Source of the DNA: Nitrospirota bacterium
GTDB taxonomy: Bacteria; Nitrospirota; UBA9217
NCBI GenBank assembly: GCA_963663225.1
Contig: OY760142.1
Coordinates: 2,432,001 to 2,496,000 of the forward strand
Direction of reading: 5' to 3'
DNA length: 64,000 bases
In this document: piece by piece, positions 10,675 to 21,486 of the stretch
How positions within the stretch are numbered: position 1 is the stretch's first letter
Layout of the letters: the number at the start of each line of letters is the position of its first letter
Program-made: the position numbers and the translations under genes
Notes under the pieces: model-generated
Told to the model about the DNA's origin: nothing
Database searches by the model: none
What the model saw: the letters and a program-made list of their open reading frames with translations, nothing else

Positions 10675-10778
10675 GAGCAACAAAAGCAAAGAGACGGCAG
10701 AGCCCAAGTCATCAACTCTTATTATCTACTACCTGTCCTGGTTCTTTCCAATGAACCAGGACAGTCTATTTTGCCATC

Positions 10779-11243
10779 ATGAACAAAGCCGCTTTTGAAA
10801 AAATAGTACGGCACGCTCTCCGGCAACTGCCGCCCAGGTTTAAGCACAAGCTCAAAAATATCTCTATTGAGATAGAGGACAGACCCTCGCCGGCGCTTCT
10901 TAAAGACATGCAGATAGAATCCGGCTCGCTTTTCGGTCTATATCAGGGTGTTCCGCTTCCCGATCGTGAATGGAATTACGGCAACGCTCTTCCTGACCGC
11001 ATCGTGATTTATCAGCATCCGATTGAAGCGGCCGCACATTCACCTGAGGAAATAGAACAGATTGTTATTGATACCGTTCGGCATGAGATTGGGCATTATT
11101 TCGGATTTGATGACGATACGTTGTATTTTATAGAATCTAACAAAAAAAGCCTCGAAGATGGGAAAAAGATGCAGTCAGAGAGGAATGATAAGACGGGGAA
11201 ATTGTCAGGTAGTAAGAAGAGAAGAAAATATCCGTACAAATAA
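10779..11243 (+). CDS. Zincin_1 (minimal zincin) metallopeptidase family protein
   Basis: LFGLYQGVPL, PDRIVIYQ, HEIGHYFG. Confidence 0.85.
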   Translation: MNKAAFEKIVRHALRQLPPRFKHKLKNISIEIEDRPSPALLKDMQIESGSLFGLYQGVPLPDREWNYGNALPDRIVIYQHPIEAAAHSPEEIEQIVIDTVRHEIGHYFGFDDDTLYFIESNKKSLEDGKKMQSERNDKTGKLSGSKKRRKYPYK

Positions 11244-11306
11244 ACTTTTCGTACGCTTTCAGAAATTATTCGATTGAAAAATGTCCCGAAGAGACTGCGG
11301 ACAGAA

Positions 11307-11786
11307 TTATTTATATTTCTTCAAAATTTTTTCAATAATCCCTGTTGTCGAGGCGCCTTCGATATATCCGGTGCTGATCACCTTGCCGCCCCGTCCTTCA
11401 ACGATAGTACGTCCGATGATTTTCTCGATCGGCCAGTCCCCCCCCTTTACCAGAACATCAGGCAGGAGTTCGGAAATAATTTTCCCTGGGTCAGGTTCAT
11501 GGAACAGTACGACAAAGTCGACGGATTCGAGCGCGGCAAGAGTCTCCATGCGGTCTTGTTCCGTATTGATCGGCCGCTTGTCTCCCTTGATCATGCGCAC
11601 AGAGGCATCGCTGTTTACTGCAACAACCAGAATGTGCCCAAGCGATTTTGCTTTTGCGAGATAGCGCGTGTGGCCGGTATGGATGAGATCGAAACACCCG
11701 TTTGTAAAAACAATTTTTTGTCCGGCAGCCCGGAGAATATCGAGAACAGGTTTGAGTTCCTGGACGGTTTTAATTTTTTTATGCAT
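11307..11786 (-). CDS. rfaE2: D-glycero-beta-D-manno-heptose 1-phosphate adenylyltransferase
   Basis: VFTNGCFDLIHTGH, NSDASV, KGDKRP, VKGGDW, STTGII; start at ATG 11786. Confidence 0.92.
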   Translation of the reverse strand: MHKKIKTVQELKPVLDILRAAGQKIVFTNGCFDLIHTGHTRYLAKAKSLGHILVVAVNSDASVRMIKGDKRPINTEQDRMETLAALESVDFVVLFHEPDPGKIISELLPDVLVKGGDWPIEKIIGRTIVEGRGGKVISTGYIEGASTTGIIEKILKKYK

Positions 11787-11904
11787 GCAAAAATATAATA
11801 TAAAATGATCAGGAATGCAAGCAGCATTGTCGAAGAGAGAAGAGGCGGACGGGGGTTGGAAAAACAGGAACAACGAGCGCTGCTATGGAAGATGACGGCT
11901 GGCT

Positions 11905-12978
11905 CTACAACTGATGGCTTTTGAATATTTCATCGAACGCAAGAGCAACTTCATTGAATGCTTTGAGAACTTCAGGGCAGAAATGCTCGGGATTTGTCCT
12001 GCCGTCGCCTTTGATAATAATGGTGCACGCTTCTTCATGGCTGAATTCCGGTTTGTAAGGCCTCCTGCTCCTCAGGGCATCATATTGATCGACGAGCATG
12101 ACAATCCTTCCCTCAAGAGGGATATCGTTGCCTTTCAAGCCTCTTGGATATCCGTCGCCGCACCACCGCTCATGATGATTTAATGCCACTGAAGCGGCTA
12201 GTCTGAGTTGAGGAAAAGAAGACCCTGCAAGCATTTTTTCTCCGATAAGAGTGTGCTTTTTTATGATCTCAAATTCTTCAGAAGAGAGGGGGCCTGGTTT
12301 CAGGAGAACATTGTCGGGTATGCCGATTTTCCCCAGGTCGTGCATCGGGCTCGCAAAGGTCAAAGCTTCAACAAAGTCATCCGGAAGTCCCATGGCTTTT
12401 GCAATTTTGTTTGAGTAGAGTCCGATCCTTCCGATATGAGCACCGGTATCTGTGTCGCGATATTCAGCGACAGAGGTCAACCGTCTGATGACTTCATTGC
12501 TCAGATTTTTTACCATCATCAGTGCATCAGCCAGTTCACGAGTCCGTATCTTGACTGTATCCTCCAGCATGTCCTTATAGTTCTTTTCCATTTGAATAAA
12601 CCGGGTGTATTTGACCGCTTTTTCCAGGGAGTGAAGGAGGTAATCCGGATTGTATGGTTTTGTAATAAAATCGAATGCGCCTTTTTTTATGGCATCGACT
12701 GCAACGTCAAGTTCGGCAAAGGCAGTCATCAGGATTACGGGAATCTGTGGATTGTAGTTGTGAATATTCTGAAGAAGGTCAATGCCGGTCACCTGCGGCA
12801 TCTTGATATCGGTCAGAACGAGATCAAATTTGATTTCCTGTACCATTTTTATGGCATCGTGAGCATTTTGACAGGTATAAACCTTATAGCCAAATTCAGT
12901 TAACAATGTTGAAATGGACTCGAGTATGTACGGGTCGTCATCGACGACAAGCAGCATATACTTTTCCTGTTCATTCAT
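11905..12978 (-). CDS. response regulator with HD-GYP cyclic-dinucleotide phosphodiesterase domain (RpfG-like)
   Basis: REC (VVDDD, DIKMP, KP) plus HDLGK, HHERW, GYP; SD AAGGAG ahead of ATG 12978. Confidence 0.92.
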   Translation of the reverse strand: MNEQEKYMLLVVDDDPYILESISTLLTEFGYKVYTCQNAHDAIKMVQEIKFDLVLTDIKMPQVTGIDLLQNIHNYNPQIPVILMTAFAELDVAVDAIKKGAFDFITKPYNPDYLLHSLEKAVKYTRFIQMEKNYKDMLEDTVKIRTRELADALMMVKNLSNEVIRRLTSVAEYRDTDTGAHIGRIGLYSNKIAKAMGLPDDFVEALTFASPMHDLGKIGIPDNVLLKPGPLSSEEFEIIKKHTLIGEKMLAGSSFPQLRLAASVALNHHERWCGDGYPRGLKGNDIPLEGRIVMLVDQYDALRSRRPYKPEFSHEEACTIIIKGDGRTNPEHFCPEVLKAFNEVALAFDEIFKSHQL

Positions 12979-13277
12979 AATTGTTGAACTCTCCTTGGCA
13001 CCCATGCGATTCGCTTCTGATGCTGCAGAAAATGGAAAAAGCACTCTGTGTGCAGTATGGCAGCCTGTTCGTGAAAGACGTCGGGCCAAGCCCGTGCGCA
13101 CAGTGTTTGGCGCGGGCAGGGAGCTTTGCACCATCCGACATGGGATAACTATACCACAAATGCCGATGCCGTACGTAAAAAAATGGAAGGAAAACGATGG
13201 TTTTCTGATATAATAACGTGAAAGTTCCATGCTGGACTGCGTTCTTATACAGAGTTCTTCGCTCCAAGGAGTTAACC

Positions 13278-15041
13278 ATGGCCATTCCGGGCATAAAGAA
13301 AAAGATGCTGGGCGAAATGCTGGTTGCCGGTGGGCTGATCAAGGACGATCAGCTGAAGCGCGCGCTGGAAGAACAGAGAAAAAAAGGCGGGAAGATAGGA
13401 GAGATCCTCGTTGATCTGGGATTTATCAACGAACATAACCTTGCCACGTTTCTCGGCAGGCAGTTCCATCTTCCTTTTGTCGAAATCGACAAGCAGCTTA
13501 TGGACCCGGAAACCTTGACGCTGATCCCCGCTGATCTGGCAAGAAGGCTTACTGCCATCCCGTTATACCGGGACAAGGACGCTGTGGTTGTCGCCATGTC
13601 GGATCCCTTGAATATCTTCGGCCTCGATGATATCAAAAAGGCGGCTGGCAGGGAAATCAAACAGGTGGTTGCCACCCGGAGCGACATTCAACGGGCAATT
13701 GACCGTCATTACGGCATGAGCCAGACCATTGAAGCCGCAGCGATGAACTTCGCTGAAGAAATGGGTACTGCAGTCGAAGAAATAACGGAAATCTCCGGTG
13801 CCACGGCAGAAGATGCGCCGGTTGTCAAGCTCGTAAGCATGCTGCTGGCACAGGCAATGATGGATCATGCCAGCGACATCCACATAGATCCGGAGGGGAA
13901 TCAGATCAAAGTCCGGTATCGTATAGACGGCATACTGACGGAAGTGCGGACATTGCCGCGTGAAATGCATTCCCCTATCGTGTCACGCATCAAGATTCTT
14001 GCAAACATGGATATTGCGGAAAAGCGGGTTCCGCAGGACGGACGCTTTCAGGTGCGCATAACGCACGGCGAAGCGGGACCGGTCGTAACGTCGGTATTCA
14101 GCGAACGGAGCACGCTCCGTATGGATGGAGACACAACTGTGGACATCCGTGTTTCTACCCTTCCGGTAATCCAGGGAGAGACCATTGTGATGCGCATCCT
14201 TGACCGGTCCCAGATCATCATGACTCTCGACGGATTGCATTTTTCGCCGGAGATGTTGGAACAATACCGCAAGCTTATCGCAAGGCCATACGGCATGATT
14301 CTGGTGACCGGACCGACCGGCAGCGGCAAGACCACGACACTGTATGCCAGCATTAATACTATTGACCGAAAAGCGAATAATATCGTGACAGTTGAAGACC
14401 CGGTCGAATACCAAATTATGGGGGTCAATCAGCTGCAGGTGAATCCCAAGGCGGGCGTTACCTTTGCAAGCGGTCTTCGCTCCATTCTCCGGCAGGATCC
14501 CGATATCATCATGGTAGGAGAGATACGGGACCGGGAAACAGCGGAAATTGCAATCCATGCGGCTTTGACCGGACATCTGGTTTTCGCAACACTGCACACG
14601 AATGACGCGGCCGGTGCCACAACCAGGCTTATCGACATGGGGATCGAACCGTTTCTTATTTCTTCATCGGTGATCGGGATCCTGGCCCAGCGACTGGCAC
14701 GGAAAATTTGCAGCCACTGCGGAAAGCCGTATGCGTCCACGCCTGATCTGCTCAGGAGCCTTGGTGTTTCCGACAGTAATGCAACATTTTTCCGGGGGGA
14801 AGGGTGCCCAGCCTGCAAGAATACCGGATATCAGGGCAGAGTTGCGGTTTTCGAACTTATGGCTATGAACGAAACAATCCGCAATTGCATTATTGCGAAG
14901 GCTTCAAGTTCTTCCATAAGGGCTGCAGCGGCCCAGTCAGGATTCAAAACCCTGCGCCAGGAAGGGCTGATCAAGGCTGCCGCGGGCATTACTACGGTGG
15001 AAGAAGTACTCAGGGTGACGCAAGAGTCTGAAGGAGTATAA
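13278..15041 (+). CDS. PilB/GspE family secretion or type IV pilus ATPase with MshEN-like N-terminus
   Basis: LGEMLV...LEEQ and IGEILV...LGRQ repeats, [20 protein letters not shown], Cys4 zinc motif; SD AAGGAG ahead of ATG 13278. Confidence 0.92.
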   Translation: MAIPGIKKKMLGEMLVAGGLIKDDQLKRALEEQRKKGGKIGEILVDLGFINEHNLATFLGRQFHLPFVEIDKQLMDPETLTLIPADLARRLTAIPLYRDKDAVVVAMSDPLNIFGLDDIKKAAGREIKQVVATRSDIQRAIDRHYGMSQTIEAAAMNFAEEMGTAVEEITEISGATAEDAPVVKLVSMLLAQAMMDHASDIHIDPEGNQIKVRYRIDGILTEVRTLPREMHSPIVSRIKILANMDIAEKRVPQDGRFQVRITHGEAGPVVTSVFSERSTLRMDGDTTVDIRVSTLPVIQGETIVMRILDRSQIIMTLDGLHFSPEMLEQYRKLIARPYGMILVTGPTGSGKTTTLYASINTIDRKANNIVTVEDPVEYQIMGVNQLQVNPKAGVTFASGLRSILRQDPDIIMVGEIRDRETAEIAIHAALTGHLVFATLHTNDAAGATTRLIDMGIEPFLISSSVIGILAQRLARKICSHCGKPYASTPDLLRSLGVSDSNATFFRGEGCPACKNTGYQGRVAVFELMAMNETIRNCIIAKASSSSIRAAAAQSGFKTLRQEGLIKAAAGITTVEEVLRVTQESEGV

Positions 15042-15054
15042 TCGCGGATGAAGA

Positions 15055-16773
15055 TCAGCGGATGTATGCTTCCGTTACATAACGCCGCATCATGCGATGG
15101 CTGTTGAAGTAGTATGCGTTTTTGCTCACGGCATTTTTCATCATCCGGATCCAGTTGCCTTTATTCTCGGCATAATATTTCGGAATAATCCGGTTTTCAA
15201 GCTTGTCATAAAGATCAGCCGCATCTTCCGCGTCCGACGCGCCCGGCTTCGTCGTTTCAGTCGGCGCTGCGCCGATGGACCACCCCGTGAACTCTTCGAT
15301 ATGCCCTTCTATCCACCAGCCGTCCAGTACGCTGAAATTCAACACTCCGTTGTGCGCGGCTTTCATGCCGCTGGTGCCTGAGGCTTCGAGCGGACGGAGC
15401 GGCGTATTCAGCCATATGTCGACGCCGGAAACAAGTTTAAGCGCGATATCCATATCGTAACCGGGGAGGAATGAGACGGCGATCTTTCCTTTCAGCCTGT
15501 CCCGGTATCCGTAGATGCCTTGAATCAGCCTCTTGCCGTTTTCATCGTGCGGATGCGCTTTGCCTGCATACACTATTTGAATCCTGCCTTTTTTATTGAT
15601 CGCGAGCAGCCGCTCGATATCCGAGAAGAGCAGATGCGGTCGTTTGTATCCGGTGGCCCGTCGAGCGAAACCGATGGTGAGTACACCGGGATCCATGGTG
15701 ACGCCGGTTGTCTGCTCCACAACGGTAAGCAGCTTTTGCTTTGCCCGCTGGTGCGCATCCCATATTTCAGACTCCGGGATAATCCCCGACCGTACGAACA
15801 ACTCAGGCTCATTCGCCCATCCGGGGATATATTTATCAAAAAGTTTCGCCATCTCGTCGCATGTCCAGGTAAACGAGTGGACGCCGTTCGTAATGGCGTG
15901 GATATGGTACCCGGGAAACATGTGCTGTGAGACTTCGCCATGCTTTTTGGCGACGCCGTTTATATATTTGCTCAGATTGAGCGCCAACAGCGTCATATTC
16001 AGGCTGTCTTTGCCCGCGATGTCCTTCAGGACCTCAAGGGGAATGATGTCGCCGAGCACCTGCCTGACCAGCGGATAGGGGAATTTGTCGTGTCCCGCCT
16101 CTACCGGTGTGTGCGTGGTAAACACGCAAAGATTGCGCACCCGGCCGATGTCCCAGCAGGAGCGCTCGTCCCATACGCTTTCGATATCGCGCTTGCACCT
16201 GAGGAGGATGTCGAGGGCGAGAAAGCTTGCGTGTCCTTCGTTCATATGATATTTCTTGATCTGAAACTCAAGCGCTGTCAGCATGCGCACTCCGCCCATG
16301 CCGAGGACAACCTCTTGTTTGATGCGATAGAGGCTGTCGCCGCCATACAAGATGTCTGTAATCGTCTGGTCCTCCGAGGTATTTTCAGGCAGATGGGTGT
16401 CCAGAAAGAGAATGGGGACCTTGCCGCCGGTGGGGCTGATGACCTGGTAGAGCCATGCCTGGATGAAAACGTCACGACCTTCTATCTGTACTTTGACTTT
16501 TTGCGGCAGCAATGTCATATGGCTTGACGGATCCCAGCTTACCGGGCTCTCTTTTTGCCATCCTGCGGCATCGATGTCCTGTTTGAAGTAGCCTTTGCGG
16601 GTGATCAGCGTGACCGCAACGAGGGGAAGCTGCAGATCCGCAGCGGATTTAATGGTGTCTCCTGCAAGGATGCCGAGACCGCCGCTGTATGTTGGGATAT
16701 CGGTTTTGATCCCGATTTCCATGGAAAAATAGGCAATCATCGGTTCGGCGGTAAATTCATGAAGATGGTTCAT
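15055..16773 (-). CDS. glgP: alpha-glucan (glycogen) phosphorylase, short form
   Basis: YSGGLG, HMNEGH, ARRATGYKR, EASGTSGMK (PLP lysine). Confidence 0.93.
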   Translation of the reverse strand: MNHLHEFTAEPMIAYFSMEIGIKTDIPTYSGGLGILAGDTIKSAADLQLPLVAVTLITRKGYFKQDIDAAGWQKESPVSWDPSSHMTLLPQKVKVQIEGRDVFIQAWLYQVISPTGGKVPILFLDTHLPENTSEDQTITDILYGGDSLYRIKQEVVLGMGGVRMLTALEFQIKKYHMNEGHASFLALDILLRCKRDIESVWDERSCWDIGRVRNLCVFTTHTPVEAGHDKFPYPLVRQVLGDIIPLEVLKDIAGKDSLNMTLLALNLSKYINGVAKKHGEVSQHMFPGYHIHAITNGVHSFTWTCDEMAKLFDKYIPGWANEPELFVRSGIIPESEIWDAHQRAKQKLLTVVEQTTGVTMDPGVLTIGFARRATGYKRPHLLFSDIERLLAINKKGRIQIVYAGKAHPHDENGKRLIQGIYGYRDRLKGKIAVSFLPGYDMDIALKLVSGVDIWLNTPLRPLEASGTSGMKAAHNGVLNFSVLDGWWIEGHIEEFTGWSIGAAPTETTKPGASDAEDAADLYDKLENRIIPKYYAENKGNWIRMMKNAVSKNAYYFNSHRMMRRYVTEAYIR

Positions 16774-17080
16774 AATGCTCCCTGTTCCGGACTTTCGGAG
16801 GATAAATTTAAAAAAACGGTATTCTGCCTTCCCCTGTCTTCAGAAAAAAGAAATATTCCCGCTGTACTGCTTTTTTTAGCCATATTTGGACTATAGCATA
16901 AAGACAGGTGCGGAGCAAGAGGACCGGAAGCGGCTGAAGACCCGGTACGCTGTTAATACGGTGCATTTGCGTTTCGGTTGACTCCAACAGGGCGAGATGA
17001 TAGCCTATATTTGTACTTCGATTTTATATGAATCGATTGATCTGCGTTCTCTTTGCGGATGCAGAAGAGGAAAAATACGG

Positions 17081-18052
17081 GTGAATAAAAGCATTATCAC
17101 AATATTATTTCTGTCTGTTTTTCTTCCTGCGTGTGCCGATCAGAAAACAGTCCAAAAAACAGAATTTATCATGGGTACGGACATCACTATTACGGTCGTC
17201 GCCCGAAACGCTGAACAGGGAGAATCAGCCATAGAACTCGGGATGGCTGAACTGCGCCGGCTTGATGCCATGTTGTCACGCTTTAAGGAGTTGAGTGAAG
17301 TAGCCAGAATAAATAGAAATGCCGGGATAAAGCCGGTCAGAGTCTCACCGGAGTTGCTGGATGTCGTGGAACGGGCAACAGCTGTTTCAAAGCTCTCAGG
17401 CGGCATTTTCGATATTACGATAGGCCCCCTGGTGGTTTTATGGCAGTCCAGGATGCAAGAAGGGAAAATACCGTCAAATAATGAAATCAATTCGATACTC
17501 CCTCTTGTTAACTACCGCAATATAATTATCGACAAAAAAGCGTCCACGATCTTCCTCAAAAAAACAGGTATGATTATCGACCTCGGCGGCATGAAAGGGT
17601 ATGGAGCTGACCGGGTGGCTGATCTCTATAAAAGCCGCGGTATACACAACGCGCTTATTGCCGTTGCAGGCGATATCAGAGCGCTGGGCTTCCGGGAAGA
17701 CGGTAGTCCGTGGAAAATAGGGGTGCAACATCCACGTGACCCGGGGAAAATGCTTACCATACTCAGATTGACCGATAAATGCGTCTCAACATCAGGAGAT
17801 TACGAACGCTTCGTCATTAAGGACAACAAGCGCTATCATCATATTATCGACCCTCGCACGGGAAGGCCTTCGACCGGAGTTACCTCCGTGACCCTTATCG
17901 GAGAGACCGGATCGTTTGTCGATCCTCTTGCAAAAATCCCGTTTATACTCGGTCCTGAAAAGGGATTGGAGCTTATAAAAAAATTCGGCGTAGAAGCCAT
18001 CATTGTTGACGATGCGGGCACCATCACAACAACAGCCGGGATCACGTTGTAG
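17081..18052 (+). CDS. apbE: FAD:protein FMN transferase lipoprotein
   Basis: Lipobox LPAC, MGT, FDITIGP, STSGDYER, HHIIDPRTG; GTG start with GAGG SD. Confidence 0.9.
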   Translation: MNKSIITILFLSVFLPACADQKTVQKTEFIMGTDITITVVARNAEQGESAIELGMAELRRLDAMLSRFKELSEVARINRNAGIKPVRVSPELLDVVERATAVSKLSGGIFDITIGPLVVLWQSRMQEGKIPSNNEINSILPLVNYRNIIIDKKASTIFLKKTGMIIDLGGMKGYGADRVADLYKSRGIHNALIAVAGDIRALGFREDGSPWKIGVQHPRDPGKMLTILRLTDKCVSTSGDYERFVIKDNKRYHHIIDPRTGRPSTGVTSVTLIGETGSFVDPLAKIPFILGPEKGLELIKKFGVEAIIVDDAGTITTTAGITL

Positions 18053-18265
18053 GCAGCCGTATCCTTGAGGAGCTATCCTCTAAAAAAATAGTCGGCCTAC
18101 TTGCTCTGTGCTTTTTCTGCAAACTGCCGGAGCGTGTTGGTGAACAATATATCTCCTTGACCAGGATGGAGGAATGCGTTATGATATGTAAACCAATAAA
18201 ATTATTTTCACGTAAGTTTATTGGTTTAAGCGCGATAACGACACTCGTTTGTTACGACGCGGGGA

Positions 18266-19813
18266 ATGAGCATGCACAGGATTTCAGATCTTCTTGACAT
18301 GTCCATGGTACAGAAGCTCGCTGATTCAAATTTTCGCGCCACCGGCTTGCCCATTTCGATTATTGATACTGTTGATGGCACGGTTCTGGTCAAAGCGGGC
18401 TGGTCGGCTATCTGCACAAATATCCACCGGTTTAATCCGATGTTCCATCAACGCTGCCAGGAGAGCGATCATTATCTCGATGAGCATCTGGGAGAACAAG
18501 AATATTTTCAATATCGATGCAAGAACGGGCTTTGGCATATCGCCATACCCATTATGGTTGCCGGCAATCACCTGGCAACCTTGTTCCTTTCGCAGTTCTG
18601 GTTCGAAGGAGATGTGCCGGACCGTGAATACTTCGCCCGTCAGGCAACGGATTTCGGCTGTGATCTCGAAACCTATCTCAAAGAAATCAGCCGCATCCCT
18701 GTTTTTTCGAAAGAAAAAGTCGCTTATAGTATTGTGTTTTACCGGTCGCTTGCCCGCTTTATAGCCGACCTCGCCGATCGTTCATTGCATCTTCTGGAAG
18801 CAAAACAGTCTATATTTGAAAGTGAAAACAAATACCGCAGTCTTGTAAATAACATACCGGTCGGCATCTACAGCAATACGCCTGCGCGAGGCAGATTTCT
18901 TCATGGAAATCCTGCGATGGTCAGAATTACCGGCTGCGATTCCCTGGAAGAATTGCTGTCGAAGGATATGAGCGATTTCTACCAGAAACCGGAAGACAGA
19001 ATAAAGCTGCTCGAGGAGTTGAAAATCAAGGGCTTTATAAAAGACCGCGAGCTGGCAATGAAAAAAAAGGACGGTACACCCATTTGGTGTTCGACGACCG
19101 TCACCGCGCATTTCAACGAACAGGGCGACATCATTATGACGGAAGGCGTCGTCGAGGACATTACCGTACGCAAGCAGAATCAGGACGAATTGCTTAAGAT
19201 CCACCATGAGCTTGAAATGCGGATCCAGGAACGTACCGCTGATCTTGCAAGGACCAATGAATTGCTCTTGCTGGAGATTGCCGAGCGCAAGCGCGCTGAA
19301 GAAAAATTGCGGGAGTTGTCGGAAATGGACCCGCTGACGATGACGTATAACAGAAGGAAACTCCTTGAACTGTTGATGCTGGAAATAGAAAAAGTAAAAC
19401 GGCACTCGCATCCGCTTTCTCTGATTATGCTGGATATTGATTTTTTTAAAAAAATAAACGATAAGCACGGGCATAATGCGGGAGATGCCGTCCTGAAATC
19501 AACCACGACCATCATCTGCGGTATTATCAGAAAAATAGACATTTTTGCGCGGTACGGGGGAGACGAATTTATTATCCTTTCTCCGGAGACGGACCGGGAA
19601 GGGGCGCTGGTGATTGCGGACAAGATACGGGATGTCATAGCCCGGCACCCCTATCCGGCGATGGAACCCATTACCATCAGCGTTGGAGTGGCAGAGTTGT
19701 CCCCGGAGGATTCCGGAGCCACCTTGATTGAAAAGGCTGACGAAGCACTCTACCTTGCCAAAAAAAGAGGAAGAAACAAGGTTGAGTTATTTATCCCGAA
19801 ACAGCGCCCATGA
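18266..19813 (+). CDS. PocR-PAS-GGDEF diguanylate cyclase
   Basis: PocR sensor (C...H...C..SD...YRCKNGL), PAS/PAC, coiled coil, DPLT, RYGGDEF with RxxD I-site. Confidence 0.92.
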   Translation: MSMHRISDLLDMSMVQKLADSNFRATGLPISIIDTVDGTVLVKAGWSAICTNIHRFNPMFHQRCQESDHYLDEHLGEQEYFQYRCKNGLWHIAIPIMVAGNHLATLFLSQFWFEGDVPDREYFARQATDFGCDLETYLKEISRIPVFSKEKVAYSIVFYRSLARFIADLADRSLHLLEAKQSIFESENKYRSLVNNIPVGIYSNTPARGRFLHGNPAMVRITGCDSLEELLSKDMSDFYQKPEDRIKLLEELKIKGFIKDRELAMKKKDGTPIWCSTTVTAHFNEQGDIIMTEGVVEDITVRKQNQDELLKIHHELEMRIQERTADLARTNELLLLEIAERKRAEEKLRELSEMDPLTMTYNRRKLLELLMLEIEKVKRHSHPLSLIMLDIDFFKKINDKHGHNAGDAVLKSTTTIICGIIRKIDIFARYGGDEFIILSPETDREGALVIADKIRDVIARHPYPAMEPITISVGVAELSPEDSGATLIEKADEALYLAKKRGRNKVELFIPKQRP

Positions 19814-19944
19814 TTTTTTGTTTGTTGGCTTGACGTTTCTTTGAGCTTCTTCCCGCAACTTATTGCTCACCAAAATGCCTATTCTACTTGACAACATTTC
19901 ACTTCTGTATTAGTTTTGTAAAAAAGGTATATTTCGGAGGGCGT

Positions 19945-20364
19945 ATGTCAGAACTCATCCGTTTCGGCGTATCCATAGACAATCAACTTATAAAGAAATT
20001 CGATGACCTTATCGAGAAAAAAGGCTACACAACGCGGTCCGAGGCCATACGCGACATGATCCGGGACACGCTGGTCGAGCAGGAATGGGAGTCCGGCGAT
20101 CAGGAAACGGTCGGCACGATTACGCTGGTCTATAATCACCATACCCGTGAACTTGACCACGCGCTTACGGACATGCAGCACAAGTCTTTCCATCAGATTA
20201 TCTCCGCTCTCCATGTACACCTTGATGCGCACAACTGCCTCGAGGTCCTTGTCGTCAAAGGCAAGAGCAAAGAAATAAAAATGATTGCGGACCGTTTGAT
20301 AGGCACCAAGGGCGTAAAGCACGGTAAACTGACGACGACAACGACGGGCAAGGAATTGACATGA
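19945..20364 (+). CDS. nikR: nickel-responsive transcriptional regulator
   Basis: RFGVSI ribbon-helix-helix, [19 protein letters not shown]; SD GGAGG ahead of ATG 19945. Confidence 0.96.
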   Translation: MSELIRFGVSIDNQLIKKFDDLIEKKGYTTRSEAIRDMIRDTLVEQEWESGDQETVGTITLVYNHHTRELDHALTDMQHKSFHQIISALHVHLDAHNCLEVLVVKGKSKEIKMIADRLIGTKGVKHGKLTTTTTGKELT

Positions 20365-20511
20365 TGCAGTAAGCAGATTTTAACAAGCTACATGTTAAAA
20401 CAAACTACAAACCGTACCAACTCCTCCTTCACGCAACTATGTGTTGCCTTATTTTGACAACACGATTCCTCCTCTTCTTTCTCGAAGTTTACATCCGCAC
20501 AAAGATAAGAC

Positions 20512-20557
20512 TTGACAGAATTATGAAATAGTGCTACAAAATTAAAAATCGTAGCAT
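20512..20557 (+). promoter_or_regulatory. sigma70 promoter overlapped by a candidate NikR operator
   Basis: TTGACA (20512-17), 17 nt, TACAAA (20535-40); inverted repeat TGCTAC-N13-GTAGCA (20532-20556) covers the -10 element. Confidence 0.72.
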
Positions 20558-20666
20558 TTAGCTCGTTCAAATATTCACAAATGATATAGCCAAGATGCAT
20601 CAATGAACATCCGGAACGTCGGATATGTGCAGATGCGCAAATATCGATTGAAAGGATATATCGATA

Positions 20667-21449
20667 ATGTTTTTTAAAAAAGTCATTGGATCTGTCCTCT
20701 TCTGTTCTTTTTTGTTTGCATCCACTCCGTCGTGGGCCATGCATCCGCTCATTACGGACGACACAGGCACACAGGGAAAGGGAAAATTCCAGCTGGAGAA
20801 AAACGGGCAGTACGATTATGAAAAAGAAACAATTTCCGGTGTACGTGTCGAGGAAAAGTCCGCACTGGGCAATACGATCCTGACATACGGCATTATCGAG
20901 AACGTGGATCTGATTCTGAACGTTCCGTATATGTGGATCAAGGTCCGGGAAAACGGCATTGTAACGACAAACGCAAAAGGATTTTCCGATGCAACGTTTG
21001 AAACGAAGTGGAGGTTTTTCGATAAAGACAATCTGAGCCTTGCATTAAAACCGGGTCTCATCATTCCGATCGGAGACCATGAAAAAGGGCTGGGGGCCGG
21101 GAAGGTCGGGTATACGGCCTTTCTCATAGCAACAAAAGAAATCGAGCCCTGGGCGTTCCACGCAAATCTTGGTTATAAACGGAATGAAAGCACTGAGGAC
21201 CTACGGAGCGACATCTGGCATGCCTCCGTGGCTGTGGTCAGGACGTTGACTAAAAGCCTAAAACTGGTTGCCGACATCGGGATGGAGACAAACCAGGAAA
21301 AAGAGTTGACTACCGACCCGGCTTTTATTCTTGCCGGTGCTGTTTATTCGATCAAGGAACATGTAGATCTTGATCTGGGAGTCAAGTATGGTTTGACAAA
21401 ACCGGAGACCAATTACTCGGTGCTGGCAGGCATTACTGTCAGATTTTGA
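20667..21449 (+). CDS. outer-membrane beta-barrel (Phenol_MetA_deg-like 'transporter' family)
   Basis: Signal peptide ending SWA, HPLITDDTGT, alternating beta strands, C-terminal Phe (ITVRF). Confidence 0.75.
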   Translation: MFFKKVIGSVLFCSFLFASTPSWAMHPLITDDTGTQGKGKFQLEKNGQYDYEKETISGVRVEEKSALGNTILTYGIIENVDLILNVPYMWIKVRENGIVTTNAKGFSDATFETKWRFFDKDNLSLALKPGLIIPIGDHEKGLGAGKVGYTAFLIATKEIEPWAFHANLGYKRNESTEDLRSDIWHASVAVVRTLTKSLKLVADIGMETNQEKELTTDPAFILAGAVYSIKEHVDLDLGVKYGLTKPETNYSVLAGITVRF

Positions 21450-21486
21450 ATTGCCATAGCACAGACATCTCCGAGGAGGAAGCATT

